From: Gemmatimonadales bacterium
GTDB taxonomy: Bacteria > Gemmatimonadota > Gemmatimonadetes > Gemmatimonadales > GWC2-71-9
Direction: 5' to 3'
Length of the DNA stretch: 63,852 bases
Assembly: GCA_041615815.1 (NCBI GenBank)
Contig: JBFJCP010000027.1
Location: forward strand, 1 to 63,852
Shown here: positions 9,499 to 18,384 of the stretch, one piece after another
Layout: each line of letters opens with the position of its first letter
Numbering within the stretch: position 1 is the first letter of the stretch
Position numbers and translations under genes: made by a program
The notes under the pieces: model-generated
Database searches by the model: none
What the model saw: the letters and a program-made list of their open reading frames with translations, nothing else
What the model was told of the DNA's origin: nothing

Positions 9499-9974
9499 GT
9501 AGGTCCCGTGCCAAAGCGGATGCGGAGCGAGTCGAGGACGCTCCCCAACACTTGGCGGCCGGGGTGATCGTCGGGGACCATCATTTCGGCGTCTCGTGCC
9601 GGAAGAGAAGGGTCCGCCGAGCGGCGGATGACCGCTTCGCTCACAAGCTGCGAACGGCCGAGGCCCACCGAGTCGGCCCAAAACCGCATCTTGATATTGC
9701 GGCGCACCGCGAGCGTCCGCCCTGACGACGGGCGACGCGCCATGACGTCGTACCAGTCCGTTTCGAGATACCCCTCTCGGGCGCTGACGGCGCGGATGCG
9801 GAGACCGGCGGACACCACGGCGCGGGCGACGGTATTGATGACATTATCGGGAGCCGTGGATAATGTGTCCACGATTGCCTCGGGAACGGGCGTGAGGTAC
9901 GGTCGCGTATTGACCGAGCCGCATGCTGCGACGAGCCAGACCAGAGTCGTCCCGTGCACGAGCGTGCGCAGCAT
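9495..9974 (-). CDS. hypothetical lipoprotein
   Basis: Signal peptide with lipobox LVAAC; GYLETDWYD motif; coupled to flanking genes. Confidence 0.65.
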   Translation of the reverse strand: MLRTLVHGTTLVWLVAACGSVNTRPYLTPVPEAIVDTLSTAPDNVINTVARAVVSAGLRIRAVSAREGYLETDWYDVMARRPSSGRTLAVRRNIKMRFWADSVGLGRSQLVSEAVIRRSADPSLPARDAEMMVPDDHPGRQVLGSVLDSLRIRFGTGPT

Positions 9975-9988
9975 GGATGATGAAGGGG

Positions 9989-10597
9989 CTAGTCGTGCTC
10001 GTGTTGTGGCGTTCCGGGCGCGTGCTCATGGTCGCTCTGTCCGGTCGCCGCCGAGTCGGCCGACGCCTCGGCACCCACCGCCTCGTTCGTCTCTTGGTCG
10101 TGTTCCTCCCCAGGGCCGTGACTGTGACCGGTGGACCGCTCCGCCAACGCCCCCTCCATGACCGGTGTGGGAATCCCGCCTGCGTATCGGTACACGATGG
10201 TTCCGCCGATATGCGCCACCCAAATGATGGCCAGAGCGCCGACAGCGGCAATGCTCAAGAATACGGGTCGTTCCTGGTCTCCGAGCTGTCCGCGCCGCCA
10301 AATGCGCCAGGCCGCCAACGCAACTAGGAGAATCGTGGCCGCGATGGCGAGCGTTTGGTGGCGCTCCATCACGAGATGGACCGATCCCCCGTGCTCGATG
10401 GAAGCCTCCGCTCTCAGCCCCGTGATCAACGCGATCAGCGCCCCTCCGGCAGCACCGATGAGGGCCCAGAAGCCGGCCGCCTTGAGCGAGTCTCGCTTGG
10501 TGGCGCTTCCTAGGAGGTCGAAGGTGATGGATGCAAGGAACAAGATCACCGGGATATCGTTGAGAGCCGAGTGCAGCTCGGCTGGTGTTTGCCACAT
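9989..10597 (-). CDS. DUF2231-like membrane protein with His-rich C-terminal tail
   Basis: ELHSALNDIP-type N-terminus, four TM helices, HIGGTIVY, tail GHSHGPGEEH...HEHD. Confidence 0.65.
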   Translation of the reverse strand: MWQTPAELHSALNDIPVILFLASITFDLLGSATKRDSLKAAGFWALIGAAGGALIALITGLRAEASIEHGGSVHLVMERHQTLAIAATILLVALAAWRIWRRGQLGDQERPVFLSIAAVGALAIIWVAHIGGTIVYRYAGGIPTPVMEGALAERSTGHSHGPGEEHDQETNEAVGAEASADSAATGQSDHEHAPGTPQHEHD

Positions 10598-10599
10598 GA

Positions 10600-11487
10600 T
10601 TAGAGTCCCAGGTCGGTAACTGATGGTGGATTGGTGGAGTAGTCGTAGAACCCTTTGCCGGACTTCTTGCCATGCATTCCGGCCAAAATCATCCGTTTGA
10701 GCAGGGGCGGTGGAGCGTACCGAACTTCTCTATACTCGTCGAACATGATCTCGGCGATCCGGTATGTCGTATCGAGACCGACGAAATCGAGCAGCGTGAG
10801 TGGACCCATGGGATGGCCGGTTCCCAGCACCATGCCCTTGTCGATATCCGAAACGCTCCCAACGCCGGCCTCCACCGCCCGGATGGCGTCCAGGAGATAT
10901 GGGACCAATAAGAGGTTCACAATGAACCCCGAGGTGTCTTTGGCGGCGATCGGCTCCTTGCCCAACGACTTGGCGAACGCCATCACCCGCTCGAAGGTGG
11001 CCGGGCTCGTGGTAACGGTCCGCACCACTTCCACGAGCTTCATCAACGGCACGGGGTTGAAGAAGTGAAGGCCCGCAAACTTCTCGGGGCGCGCCGTCGC
11101 GGCCGCCATGGCCGCAATGGTCAAGCTCGATGTGTTGGACGCAAAAATGGTATTCGGTTTAACGATCGAATCAAGCTGTTTCCAGAGCTCGTTCTTGATT
11201 TCGAGGTCCTCCGTGACCGCCTCGATGACGATGTCGCACTTGGCGAGGTCACCAAGGTCCGTCGTAAACGTCAGGCGGTCGAGGGTCGCTTCCCGATCCT
11301 CGGCCGAGAGTTTGCCCTTCTCGACGAACTTGCCGAGGGATTTCTCAATGCCTGTTTGCCCCCGAGTGTTGAGTTCGTCGGTCACCTCCCGTACAGTGGT
11401 TCGAAAGCCGGCTTGGGCCGCAACCTGCGCGATACCACTCCCCATGAGTCCGCACCCGAGTACACCAACATGTTTGATGTCTGTCAT
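10600..11487 (-). CDS. 3-hydroxybutyryl-CoA dehydrogenase
   Basis: GCGLMGSGIAQ, ASNTSSL, GLHFFNPVP, GHPMGPL, GKKSGKGFY. Confidence 0.93.
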   Translation of the reverse strand: MTDIKHVGVLGCGLMGSGIAQVAAQAGFRTTVREVTDELNTRGQTGIEKSLGKFVEKGKLSAEDREATLDRLTFTTDLGDLAKCDIVIEAVTEDLEIKNELWKQLDSIVKPNTIFASNTSSLTIAAMAAATARPEKFAGLHFFNPVPLMKLVEVVRTVTTSPATFERVMAFAKSLGKEPIAAKDTSGFIVNLLLVPYLLDAIRAVEAGVGSVSDIDKGMVLGTGHPMGPLTLLDFVGLDTTYRIAEIMFDEYREVRYAPPPLLKRMILAGMHGKKSGKGFYDYSTNPPSVTDLGL

Positions 11488-11497
11488 TGATCGACAA

Positions 11498-12325
11498 TCA
11501 CGTCCCTAAGGTTCGCTTGATCTCGTCCGCGAGTCGGACGAAGCTTCCCCCGCCCGGTCCCGACCGGCGTCGGACCTCGAGATCACCGTGTTCGAGGCGG
11601 TCCAAGACTTGCTCCAGGGCCACTTGGCAGCGCTCGACTTCGTTGCGCCGTGAGCGTGCGATGGCGATCGCCGCGGGCACGGCCAAGAGCCCGGGCAAGA
11701 TCGCGAACGGTGGCAGCACTCCCACCATGAGCGCAATCCCGGTGGCCACCACGCCGCCAGTACCCACCACCCCGCTCCCCGCGAGGTATTCGTTGAAGCT
11801 GTTCGTGAGATCGGCCACGAGCTGCACATAGCAGCGTTTGGCTTCCACGGGGACGATTTGGCTCACGATTTCGCGCGCGCGCGCCAGCTGATACCGCCGT
11901 CCTCCAAACCCCAGCGATCGCTTGAGGGACGCGAAGGCGCCCTCTTGGCGTTCCCAAGAGGTGCCTTCGGGAAAACGACGCTTCACTTGCAGTAACTCGC
12001 CTTGCGTCATCCACTGATGGAGAGCGCTCTCGAGCTCCTCCCGAGCTCCGGGAACGGTACGGCCAGCTGTCACTTTTCGCGGGCCCGCGAGCCATGCGCC
12101 CATTCCGCTCTCGTGCTGGAGCACACCACGGGTACGCTCCTCCATGAGGGCGCGCTGCAGGTAGGGGGCGGGAATCCCAACCTCACGCCCAAGCTCCATC
12201 AGCTGCGGTTCGGTGAGTCCTTCACCGATCTCTCGTTCCTGCGCCTGGAGCTCGGCGGCGCGTCTGACGATGCGCTCGAGCGCCGCACGATCGATGCGCT
12301 GACGACTGGGAACGAGATCGCTCAT
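11498..12325 (-). CDS. hypothetical membrane protein
   Basis: ATG at 12325 (MSDLVPSRQRIDRAALERIVRRAAELQ), two C-terminal hydrophobic segments; fills the gap between thiolase and dehydrogenase. Confidence 0.7.
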   Translation of the reverse strand: MSDLVPSRQRIDRAALERIVRRAAELQAQEREIGEGLTEPQLMELGREVGIPAPYLQRALMEERTRGVLQHESGMGAWLAGPRKVTAGRTVPGAREELESALHQWMTQGELLQVKRRFPEGTSWERQEGAFASLKRSLGFGGRRYQLARAREIVSQIVPVEAKRCYVQLVADLTNSFNEYLAGSGVVGTGGVVATGIALMVGVLPPFAILPGLLAVPAAIAIARSRRNEVERCQVALEQVLDRLEHGDLEVRRRSGPGGGSFVRLADEIKRTLGT

Positions 12326-12333
12326 GACGGCCG

Positions 12334-13539
12334 CTAGTACGCCTCGACGATGACCGCCGCCCCTTGGCCGCCCCCGATGCATGCCGATCCTAGGCCGTAT
12401 CGCTTCTTGGCCCGACGGAGGGCGTGGAGGAGATGGATCGTGATGCGGGACCCACTGGCCGCGAGCGGATGGCCGATAGCGATTGCACCACCATGGACGT
12501 TGGTACGCGCCCGATCGAGTCCCAACTCCCTCTCGACGGCGACGTATTGAGGAGCAAACGCCTCGTTGACCTCGACGAGATCCATGTCGTCCAACTCGAG
12601 CCTCGCCTTGGCCAACGCCTTGCGGGCTGCCGGAGCTGGACCGATCCCCATGAGCTTGGGATCGACGCCGGCCACGGCCCACGAGACAATTCGTCCCAGC
12701 GGCTTCAGACCGCGCTGGCTCGCGAAGCCTTCACTTGCCAACACCGTGGCCGCGGCCCCGTCACAAATACCCGAAGCATTCCCGGCGGTCACCAATCCAT
12801 CCTTCTTGAAGTAGGGAGGTAAGGACAGGAGCGCCTCCAAGGTCGTAGCCGGGCGCATGTGCTCATCAGCGCGCCATTGGACGACTTCTTTGGTCTTGCG
12901 ATGCTTGATCGGCACGGGGATGACCTCGTCTTCGAACACACAATCCTCCCACGCCTGCTGGGCCCGCTGCTGGCTCAGGAGCGCATATCCGTCGACGTCG
13001 TCCCGCGTGAGTTGGTACTTCTCGGCGAGGTTTTCCGCGGTCTCGGCCATCGAGAGTCCGCATTGTGGGTCGCGCAAGGCCTCCCAGAGGGAATCTTCGA
13101 ACGGTGGGGCCGGACCCAGACGAATACCCCATCGAGCGCCGCGCACCACATGTGGCGCCTGACTCATGGACTCGGTCCCACCGGCGAGGACAACCTCCGC
13201 CTCGCCGACCAGAATCAACTGGGCGCCTTGGCTGATGGATTCGAATCCCGATCCGCACAGGCGGTTCACCGTGACGGCAGGTGTCTCCATCGTGAGCCTT
13301 GCCTGAAGTCCCACATGTCTCGCGAGGTAGATGGCGTCAGCCGAGGTTTGCTGGGCATTGCCGAACACGACGTGATCGATGTGGCTCGGTTCGATACCGG
13401 CCCGTTCCACGGCCTGGGTAGAGGCAATGGCACCAAGCTGCGTGGCCGAATGGTCTTTGAGGGTCCCACCGAACTTGCCGAAGCCCGTCCGGACGCCCGA
13501 AAGAAACACCACGTCCTTACTCTGACCTTGGGTTTTCAT
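12334..13539 (-). CDS. acetyl-CoA C-acyltransferase (thiolase)
   Basis: NRLCGSG, VTAGNASGICDGAA, EVNEAFA, GHPLAASG, SACIGGGQG. Confidence 0.94.
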   Translation of the reverse strand: MKTQGQSKDVVFLSGVRTGFGKFGGTLKDHSATQLGAIASTQAVERAGIEPSHIDHVVFGNAQQTSADAIYLARHVGLQARLTMETPAVTVNRLCGSGFESISQGAQLILVGEAEVVLAGGTESMSQAPHVVRGARWGIRLGPAPPFEDSLWEALRDPQCGLSMAETAENLAEKYQLTRDDVDGYALLSQQRAQQAWEDCVFEDEVIPVPIKHRKTKEVVQWRADEHMRPATTLEALLSLPPYFKKDGLVTAGNASGICDGAAATVLASEGFASQRGLKPLGRIVSWAVAGVDPKLMGIGPAPAARKALAKARLELDDMDLVEVNEAFAPQYVAVERELGLDRARTNVHGGAIAIGHPLAASGSRITIHLLHALRRAKKRYGLGSACIGGGQGAAVIVEAY

Positions 13540-13614
13540 GAGGAACTCCCGGAAAAACGCCGATCTGGCGCAGAACAACAAATATAACCCGCCGAGGAGG
13601 GACCTTCAGGCCGC

Positions 13615-14709
13615 TCAGTGGGGCCGTGCAACGTCCGTGCTCAAGTGACCCGCGATCCATGCGCCAACCTCTCGCGTCGACGCCGAGCCGCCCAAATCCG
13701 CCGTCCGCACTCCCGCGTTGAGTGCCGCCCTGACCCCGTCCTCGAGACGGCCAGCCTCTGCGGGGAGGCCCAGCGCCTCCAGCATCAATGCCCCCGTGAG
13801 CAGCACGGCCATGGGGTTGGCCACGTCCCGACCGGCGAGTGATGGCGCCGACCCGTGCACGGGCTCGAAGAGACCTGGCCTACCCGGATGGAGATTGGCG
13901 CTCGGAGCCAGCCCAAGACCGCCCACCAGCTCGGCAGCGATATCGGACAGAATGTCACCCAAGAGATTGTTGGCCACGATGACGTCGAAACGGGCTGGGT
14001 CACGGATCAGTTCCATCGCCAGGGCATCCGCATAACGGTGCTCGCGCTCGATCTCGGGATACTGAGAGCCGATCTCTCCAAAAACTCGGCCCCAGAGCCG
14101 ATGGGCGGGGATCGCATTGGACTTGTCGCACAGAGTGATCCGAGAGCGGCGGTGAGTCCGGGCCCATTCGAACGCGGCGCGGATGATTCGGGACACCCCC
14201 GTCGACGTATGGACTTCCTCGGCTATGTGTTCCTCGTCTGGCGTGCCCTCCTGTGCGATCCGCCCGCGACCCAGATACAGGCCCTCGGTGTTTTCTCTGA
14301 AGATCGCGATATCGATGTCCTTCCCCGCCCCATCCGCCTCTTCGCTGAAGGAGCTGAGCGGGCACAAATCCTGGCTCCACAACCGGCAAGGCCGGAAGTT
14401 CACATAGAGGTCGAGGCGGGTTCGGAGGCCGAGCAGGATATCGCGGGCATGCTCGTTGTCGGGGACCCGAGGATCCCCGAGTGCGCCAAGCAGGATCCCC
14501 TGGCACTCGGATTGGAGCATGACGAACGCGGCGTCGGGGAGGGTTTCGCCCGTTCGGATGAAGTGCTCGGCACCGTACGGCAGGTGTCGCCAGCGAATCG
14601 CGGCGCTCCCCCAGCGAGCGGCGTTCTCGATCGCCGGAATGGCCGCGTCGATCACCTCGGGCCCGATTCCGTCCCCCGGAATGACGGCCACGGTGAAACG
14701 GCGGGTCAC
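13615..14709 (-). CDS. isocitrate/isopropylmalate dehydrogenase family protein (LeuB-like)
   Basis: IPGDGIGPEV, RENTEGLY, DKSNAI, NLLGDILSD, FEPVHGSAP. Confidence 0.85.
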   Translation of the reverse strand: MTRRFTVAVIPGDGIGPEVIDAAIPAIENAARWGSAAIRWRHLPYGAEHFIRTGETLPDAAFVMLQSECQGILLGALGDPRVPDNEHARDILLGLRTRLDLYVNFRPCRLWSQDLCPLSSFSEEADGAGKDIDIAIFRENTEGLYLGRGRIAQEGTPDEEHIAEEVHTSTGVSRIIRAAFEWARTHRRSRITLCDKSNAIPAHRLWGRVFGEIGSQYPEIEREHRYADALAMELIRDPARFDVIVANNLLGDILSDIAAELVGGLGLAPSANLHPGRPGLFEPVHGSAPSLAGRDVANPMAVLLTGALMLEALGLPAEAGRLEDGVRAALNAGVRTADLGGSASTREVGAWIAGHLSTDVARPH

Positions 14710-14715
14710 GGATTG

Positions 14716-15468
14716 CTACGCTTGGGGCTCGCCACAGTGAATGCAGTGGTTCCAGGTGGGGGCCCGCCGCTCCCCACAGCGTTCACAAGACGGCCAGGTC
14801 ACCGCGGCACCACATTCCGGGCAGTATCGGGGCAGGAGTCCCGCTGGAAGTTCGGTGCCGCAGTGCGGGCAGATCGCGTGTCGCGGGCGAGCGGTGTCGG
14901 AAGGGGGCGGCACTGGATCGACGGTCTCTCTGACGATGGAAATCGCGGGTGGGACATCGTCCGCAAGCTCGGGCTCTGGCTCTGGCTCGGGCTCTGGCTC
15001 GGGGTCCGGGTCCGGCTGAGGTTCGGGTTCAGGCTCTGGTATCGCTGGGTCCGGACGTGGAAACTCCGCGGGCCCCCAGTCAGCGGTCGGAGGAGCGGCG
15101 CCGGGAGGGGCGTAGGACTCGACCTGCCGCATAACGGCGCGAACGGCATCGGGGTCGAGCCGGACGGACGCCTCCCCAAAACCTCGAAAGACACCTGGAC
15201 TCGGGTTCACCCCGGATAGTTCGCGCGCGAGGAATTCTTGCACCTCGGCGGGCTCCGTCGACACGTATCCCCCCTCTCCCGCGAGCAGTCGCAGAATGGC
15301 CATCTCGTAGTCTTCGATCGAATCGAATTTGAGCTGGCTTCGATATCGTCGATACGGGATGATCGCTTCGTGGAGTTCGGTCACGGCGAATGTCCGGTGC
15401 AAGCGCTGCGGATCTTGCTCGGACAAGACCTCGACCAACGTCTGGAACACGCGCTGGACATCACCCAC
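14716..15468 (-). CDS. hypothetical protein with Pro/Glu linker and C-terminal double zinc ribbon
   Basis: GTG start at 15468 with GAGG; four CxxC pairs (CPHC, CPEC, CERC, CIHC). Confidence 0.72.
   Translation of the reverse strand: MGDVQRVFQTLVEVLSEQDPQRLHRTFAVTELHEAIIPYRRYRSQLKFDSIEDYEMAILRLLAGEGGYVSTEPAEVQEFLARELSGVNPSPGVFRGFGEASVRLDPDAVRAVMRQVESYAPPGAAPPTADWGPAEFPRPDPAIPEPEPEPQPDPDPEPEPEPEPEPELADDVPPAISIVRETVDPVPPPSDTARPRHAICPHCGTELPAGLLPRYCPECGAAVTWPSCERCGERRAPTWNHCIHCGEPQA
14969..15039. repeat. 6-nt-period coding repeat (PE/PD dipeptides)
   Basis: ggctct/ggctcg/gggtcc units encoding PEPEPEPQPDPDPEPEPEPEPE on the minus strand. Confidence 0.7.
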
Positions 15469-15478
15469 GATCAATGCC

Positions 15479-15979
15479 TCATCGCCATTCGGCTGCCCAG
15501 CGATCGTACGGTACCGGCACGACACCGGCCGCTTGGAGTTGTTCGATCCCGCTGGGGTCGCGATACGGACGCCGATAGAACACATGGGTGACGCCGGAGT
15601 TGATCATCAATTTGGCGCACATCACGCAAGGACTGTCGGTGACGAACACGACTTTGTCGCGCAGGTGGCCAGGGGCTTTTACGAGTGCGTTCACCTCTGA
15701 GTGGAGGCAGCCACAGCTGCCGGGAACCGTGGAATCACAGCGATTGGGCAACCCCTTGGCGTTGCCGTTGTAACCGATGGCGACCACGTTCTCCAGGTTT
15801 GCGTCCGTGACGACCGTTCCTACCTGTAGTCGAATGCACGTCGACCGTTTGGCCAACTCTTCGGCCATCCGCATGTAGACCTCGTAGAGCGGGATTCGGT
15901 CGAGTTGAGGACCGGCGCCCTCCGGGAGGAGATTGAGCGGGTGCGTGTTGGCAGCGACACCGTCCTTGAAGACGGTCAT
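15479..15979 (-). CDS. dCMP deaminase family protein
   Basis: RSTC, GYNG, HSEVNA, SPCVMCAK zinc motifs; ATGA overlap with rnhA. Confidence 0.88.
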   Translation of the reverse strand: MTVFKDGVAANTHPLNLLPEGAGPQLDRIPLYEVYMRMAEELAKRSTCIRLQVGTVVTDANLENVVAIGYNGNAKGLPNRCDSTVPGSCGCLHSEVNALVKAPGHLRDKVVFVTDSPCVMCAKLMINSGVTHVFYRRPYRDPSGIEQLQAAGVVPVPYDRWAAEWR

Positions 15980-16590
15980 GATCTTTCCCCCGCGAGCTCC
16001 GTTTCGATGTCCGTCAGAGCCTGCTCCGGGTCATAGTCTGCGAACTGCCCCCGTGCCCGGTGCGCGTCCAGCCACGCCTCGAACCCCGATGGCTCGATGC
16101 CGTCGGAGTTGATCTGCTCGGCGGCGGCGCGCATGGCCAGATCGTTGACGTATTCGTTCTTGGGGTGTCCGGTATGCCCCCGGATCCAACGCCACACGAC
16201 GGTATGGGGTTGGGTGACTCGAACCAAGGTCTGCCAGAGCTCGAGGTTCTCGACCGCGCCCCCTTTCCTGCGCCATCCACGGGCCCGCCATGCGGGGACC
16301 CACTCCGTCATGCCCTTCACGAGATACTGAGAATCGGAGTAGTACGCCACACGCAGCGGCTGGCCCTTTTGTGAGAGCAAGGCGAAGGTCGCAATCGCCC
16401 CCGCCAAAGCCATGCGATTGTTCGTGGTATCCGGTGCGGAGATGTATACGTCTCTTCTGACGACTTCGCCTTTGGCGCGCACCTCGATCAACGAGGCGGC
16501 CCCACCGGGTGTGTCGCCGTCGCGGCCATTGCCCAGACAACTCTCGTCCGCATGGATCACGATGAGACGTCGGGCGCGCTTACGGCTCAT
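15976..16590 (-). CDS. rnhA: ribonuclease HI
   Basis: ADESCLGNG, TTNNRMAL, SDSQYL, VENLELWQ, WIRGHTGHPKNE. Confidence 0.9.
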   Translation of the reverse strand: MSRKRARRLIVIHADESCLGNGRDGDTPGGAASLIEVRAKGEVVRRDVYISAPDTTNNRMALAGAIATFALLSQKGQPLRVAYYSDSQYLVKGMTEWVPAWRARGWRRKGGAVENLELWQTLVRVTQPHTVVWRWIRGHTGHPKNEYVNDLAMRAAAEQINSDGIEPSGFEAWLDAHRARGQFADYDPEQALTDIETELAGERS

Positions 16591-17656
16591 CGGTCACTTC
16601 GATGTCCCCGCGCCCCTCGACGACCCAACCCACCGCAGCCGCCACCGGAGTGTCTTCCGCTTCGAGGGCGGCCACCAACTCGTCGGCATGCGCGGCTTCC
16701 ACGGCGATCAGCAGTCCCCCGGAGGTCTGAGCGTCGCAGAGAAGCGTTTGGGTCGTTTCGTCGACCTCCGGAGGCCACTGTGTGTATTCGCGTGCGGCCT
16801 CGAGGTTGCGGCTGGTCCCACCCGGGACCGCTCCTTTCGTCACGAGCGCGCGTGCGTGAGGAAAGATCGGAACGGTCGAGGCGACAAGGCGGGCACCGAC
16901 GTTGCTCGCCACGAGCAAGTTGCGCAGATGTCCCAACAAGCCGAAGCCCGTGACATCTGTGGCGGCATGGACCGCATCGCCCAGCTCTTGCATCGCGCGC
17001 ATGGCACCAGCGTTCAGCGTCATCATGGAGCGAATGGCCGCATCCATGTCCTTCTCTGAGATCCGCTGCTGTTTCAGTCCCGTGCTCAGGATACCAGTGC
17101 CGATCGCCTTGGTGAGTACGAGCCGATCACCCGGCTTGGCGCCGGCATTCGTGATCAGCCGGGCTGGATCGACCTCACCGATGGCCACGAGACCGAACTT
17201 CGGTTCCCGGTCGTCGATCGAGTGGCCACCCAAGATGAATGCACCGGCCCGCGTCGCAATATCGACCGCTCCTCGAACGGTCTCACCCAACAGGTCGAGC
17301 ATGTCCGGCTCCCGCGGCCAGCCCACTATATTGAGCGCGAGCAACGGGGTGGCCCCCATCGCGTAGAGGTCGCTAAACGCATTCGCGGCCGCGATCGCGC
17401 CGAACACGTAGGCGTCATCGACGATGGGCGTAAAGAAGTCCACCGTCGCCACGATGGCTCGGTCGGCCGTCAACCGGTACACCGCCGCGTCGTCTCGCGT
17501 CAGCGCCGCAACCAGGACATGCGGGTCGCTAACGTCTGGTAGGTGGCGCAGAACCTGCGCCAACTCGGTGGCTCCGAGCTTACAAGCTCAACCGGCGCCG
17601 TGAGATAACGACGTCAGCCGGATGCGCGCTCGTTGATCCCGTGGCGCATCTGCCAC
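16580..17656 (-). CDS. selD: selenide, water dikinase (selenophosphate synthetase), selenoprotein form with Sec23
   Basis: GTG at 17656 behind SD GAAGGAGG; reads RLTSLSHGAG-U(TGA 17590-17588)-ACKLG into DDAAVY, TVDFFTP, GGHSIDD, TDVTGFGLLGH, DAQTSGGLL. Confidence 0.93.
17544..17562 (-). promoter_or_regulatory. candidate bacterial SECIS hairpin in selD
   Basis: TGGCGCAG-GTT-CTGCGCCA, a perfect 8-bp stem with a G-led loop, starting 26 nt after the UGA; a second hairpin CTCGG-AGCCA-CCGAG lies closer to the UGA. Confidence 0.55.
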
Positions 17657-17681
17657 GTCAGCCCTCCTTCGAGGTTAGACC

Positions 17682-18383
17682 GTGCAAGATGTTATCGCCG
17701 CGTACGCGGCGGCATTCGCCCTCGGCGCCGCCCACGCGCTCGAAGTGGACCACATGGTCGCGGTGGGTACGTTCGTGGGTCATCATCCGCGGGTACCGGC
17801 CGCCACCATGTTCGGCATGCGGTGGGGGTTGGGGCACGCGTTCATCGTGCTAATTGTCGGTGGGATGCTCGCCTGGAGCAACATCGGAGTCCCCGGCTCG
17901 GCAGAATCATGGGCCGAACTCGCCGTCGGCATCATGCTGGTTGCGCTCGGTATTTGGGCCGTGCGCTCTGCCCGGCGGTTGCATGTGCACGACCCCCACC
18001 GGCACGGCGGTCACGCCCACCTCCACACCCATCACCCTGAATTGCACCCGCATAGTCACGCGCATGCCGATCCGGCCAAGCGACATCGGCACATGTCCAC
18101 GCTCGTGGGTGCCGTCCACGGACTCGCCGGGACCGCGCCTGTCGTGGCGCTCATACCGGTGACACTACTGCCCGATCGCTGGCTCGCCGTGGGTTACCTG
18201 GTGGCATTCGGTATGGGAACGGTGTTGGCGATGGGGTTGTACGCCGCTCTCGCCGCTCTTGCCGCTGGCCGCGCTACGTCGTCCTTAACCTGGGCTCGGA
18301 CCGTCGCCGCCGTCACCGGCCTTGCCAGTTTCGGTCTCGGCTTCTGGTGGATCGGACGGGCATGGGTGAGTCTTGGGGGATGA
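17682..18383 (+). CDS. UreH/NiCoT-like His-rich membrane metal transporter
   Basis: GAAHALEVDH signature, WGLGH, His-rich loop HVHDPHRHGGHAHLHTHH, GAVHGLAG, about six TM helices. Confidence 0.78.
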   Translation: MQDVIAAYAAAFALGAAHALEVDHMVAVGTFVGHHPRVPAATMFGMRWGLGHAFIVLIVGGMLAWSNIGVPGSAESWAELAVGIMLVALGIWAVRSARRLHVHDPHRHGGHAHLHTHHPELHPHSHAHADPAKRHRHMSTLVGAVHGLAGTAPVVALIPVTLLPDRWLAVGYLVAFGMGTVLAMGLYAALAALAAGRATSSLTWARTVAAVTGLASFGLGFWWIGRAWVSLGG

Positions 18384-18384
18384 A

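Noticed and set aside
14969..15039. Short tandem repeats as a CRISPR array or contingency locus
   Set aside because: Degenerate 6-nt in-frame units encoding a Pro-Glu linker; no spacers and no cas genes
16580..17563. selD as an N-terminally truncated gene or pseudogene, as the ORF track implies
   Set aside because: The TGA falls exactly on the catalytic Cys/Sec position, with an intact upstream frame, SD and SECIS-like hairpin
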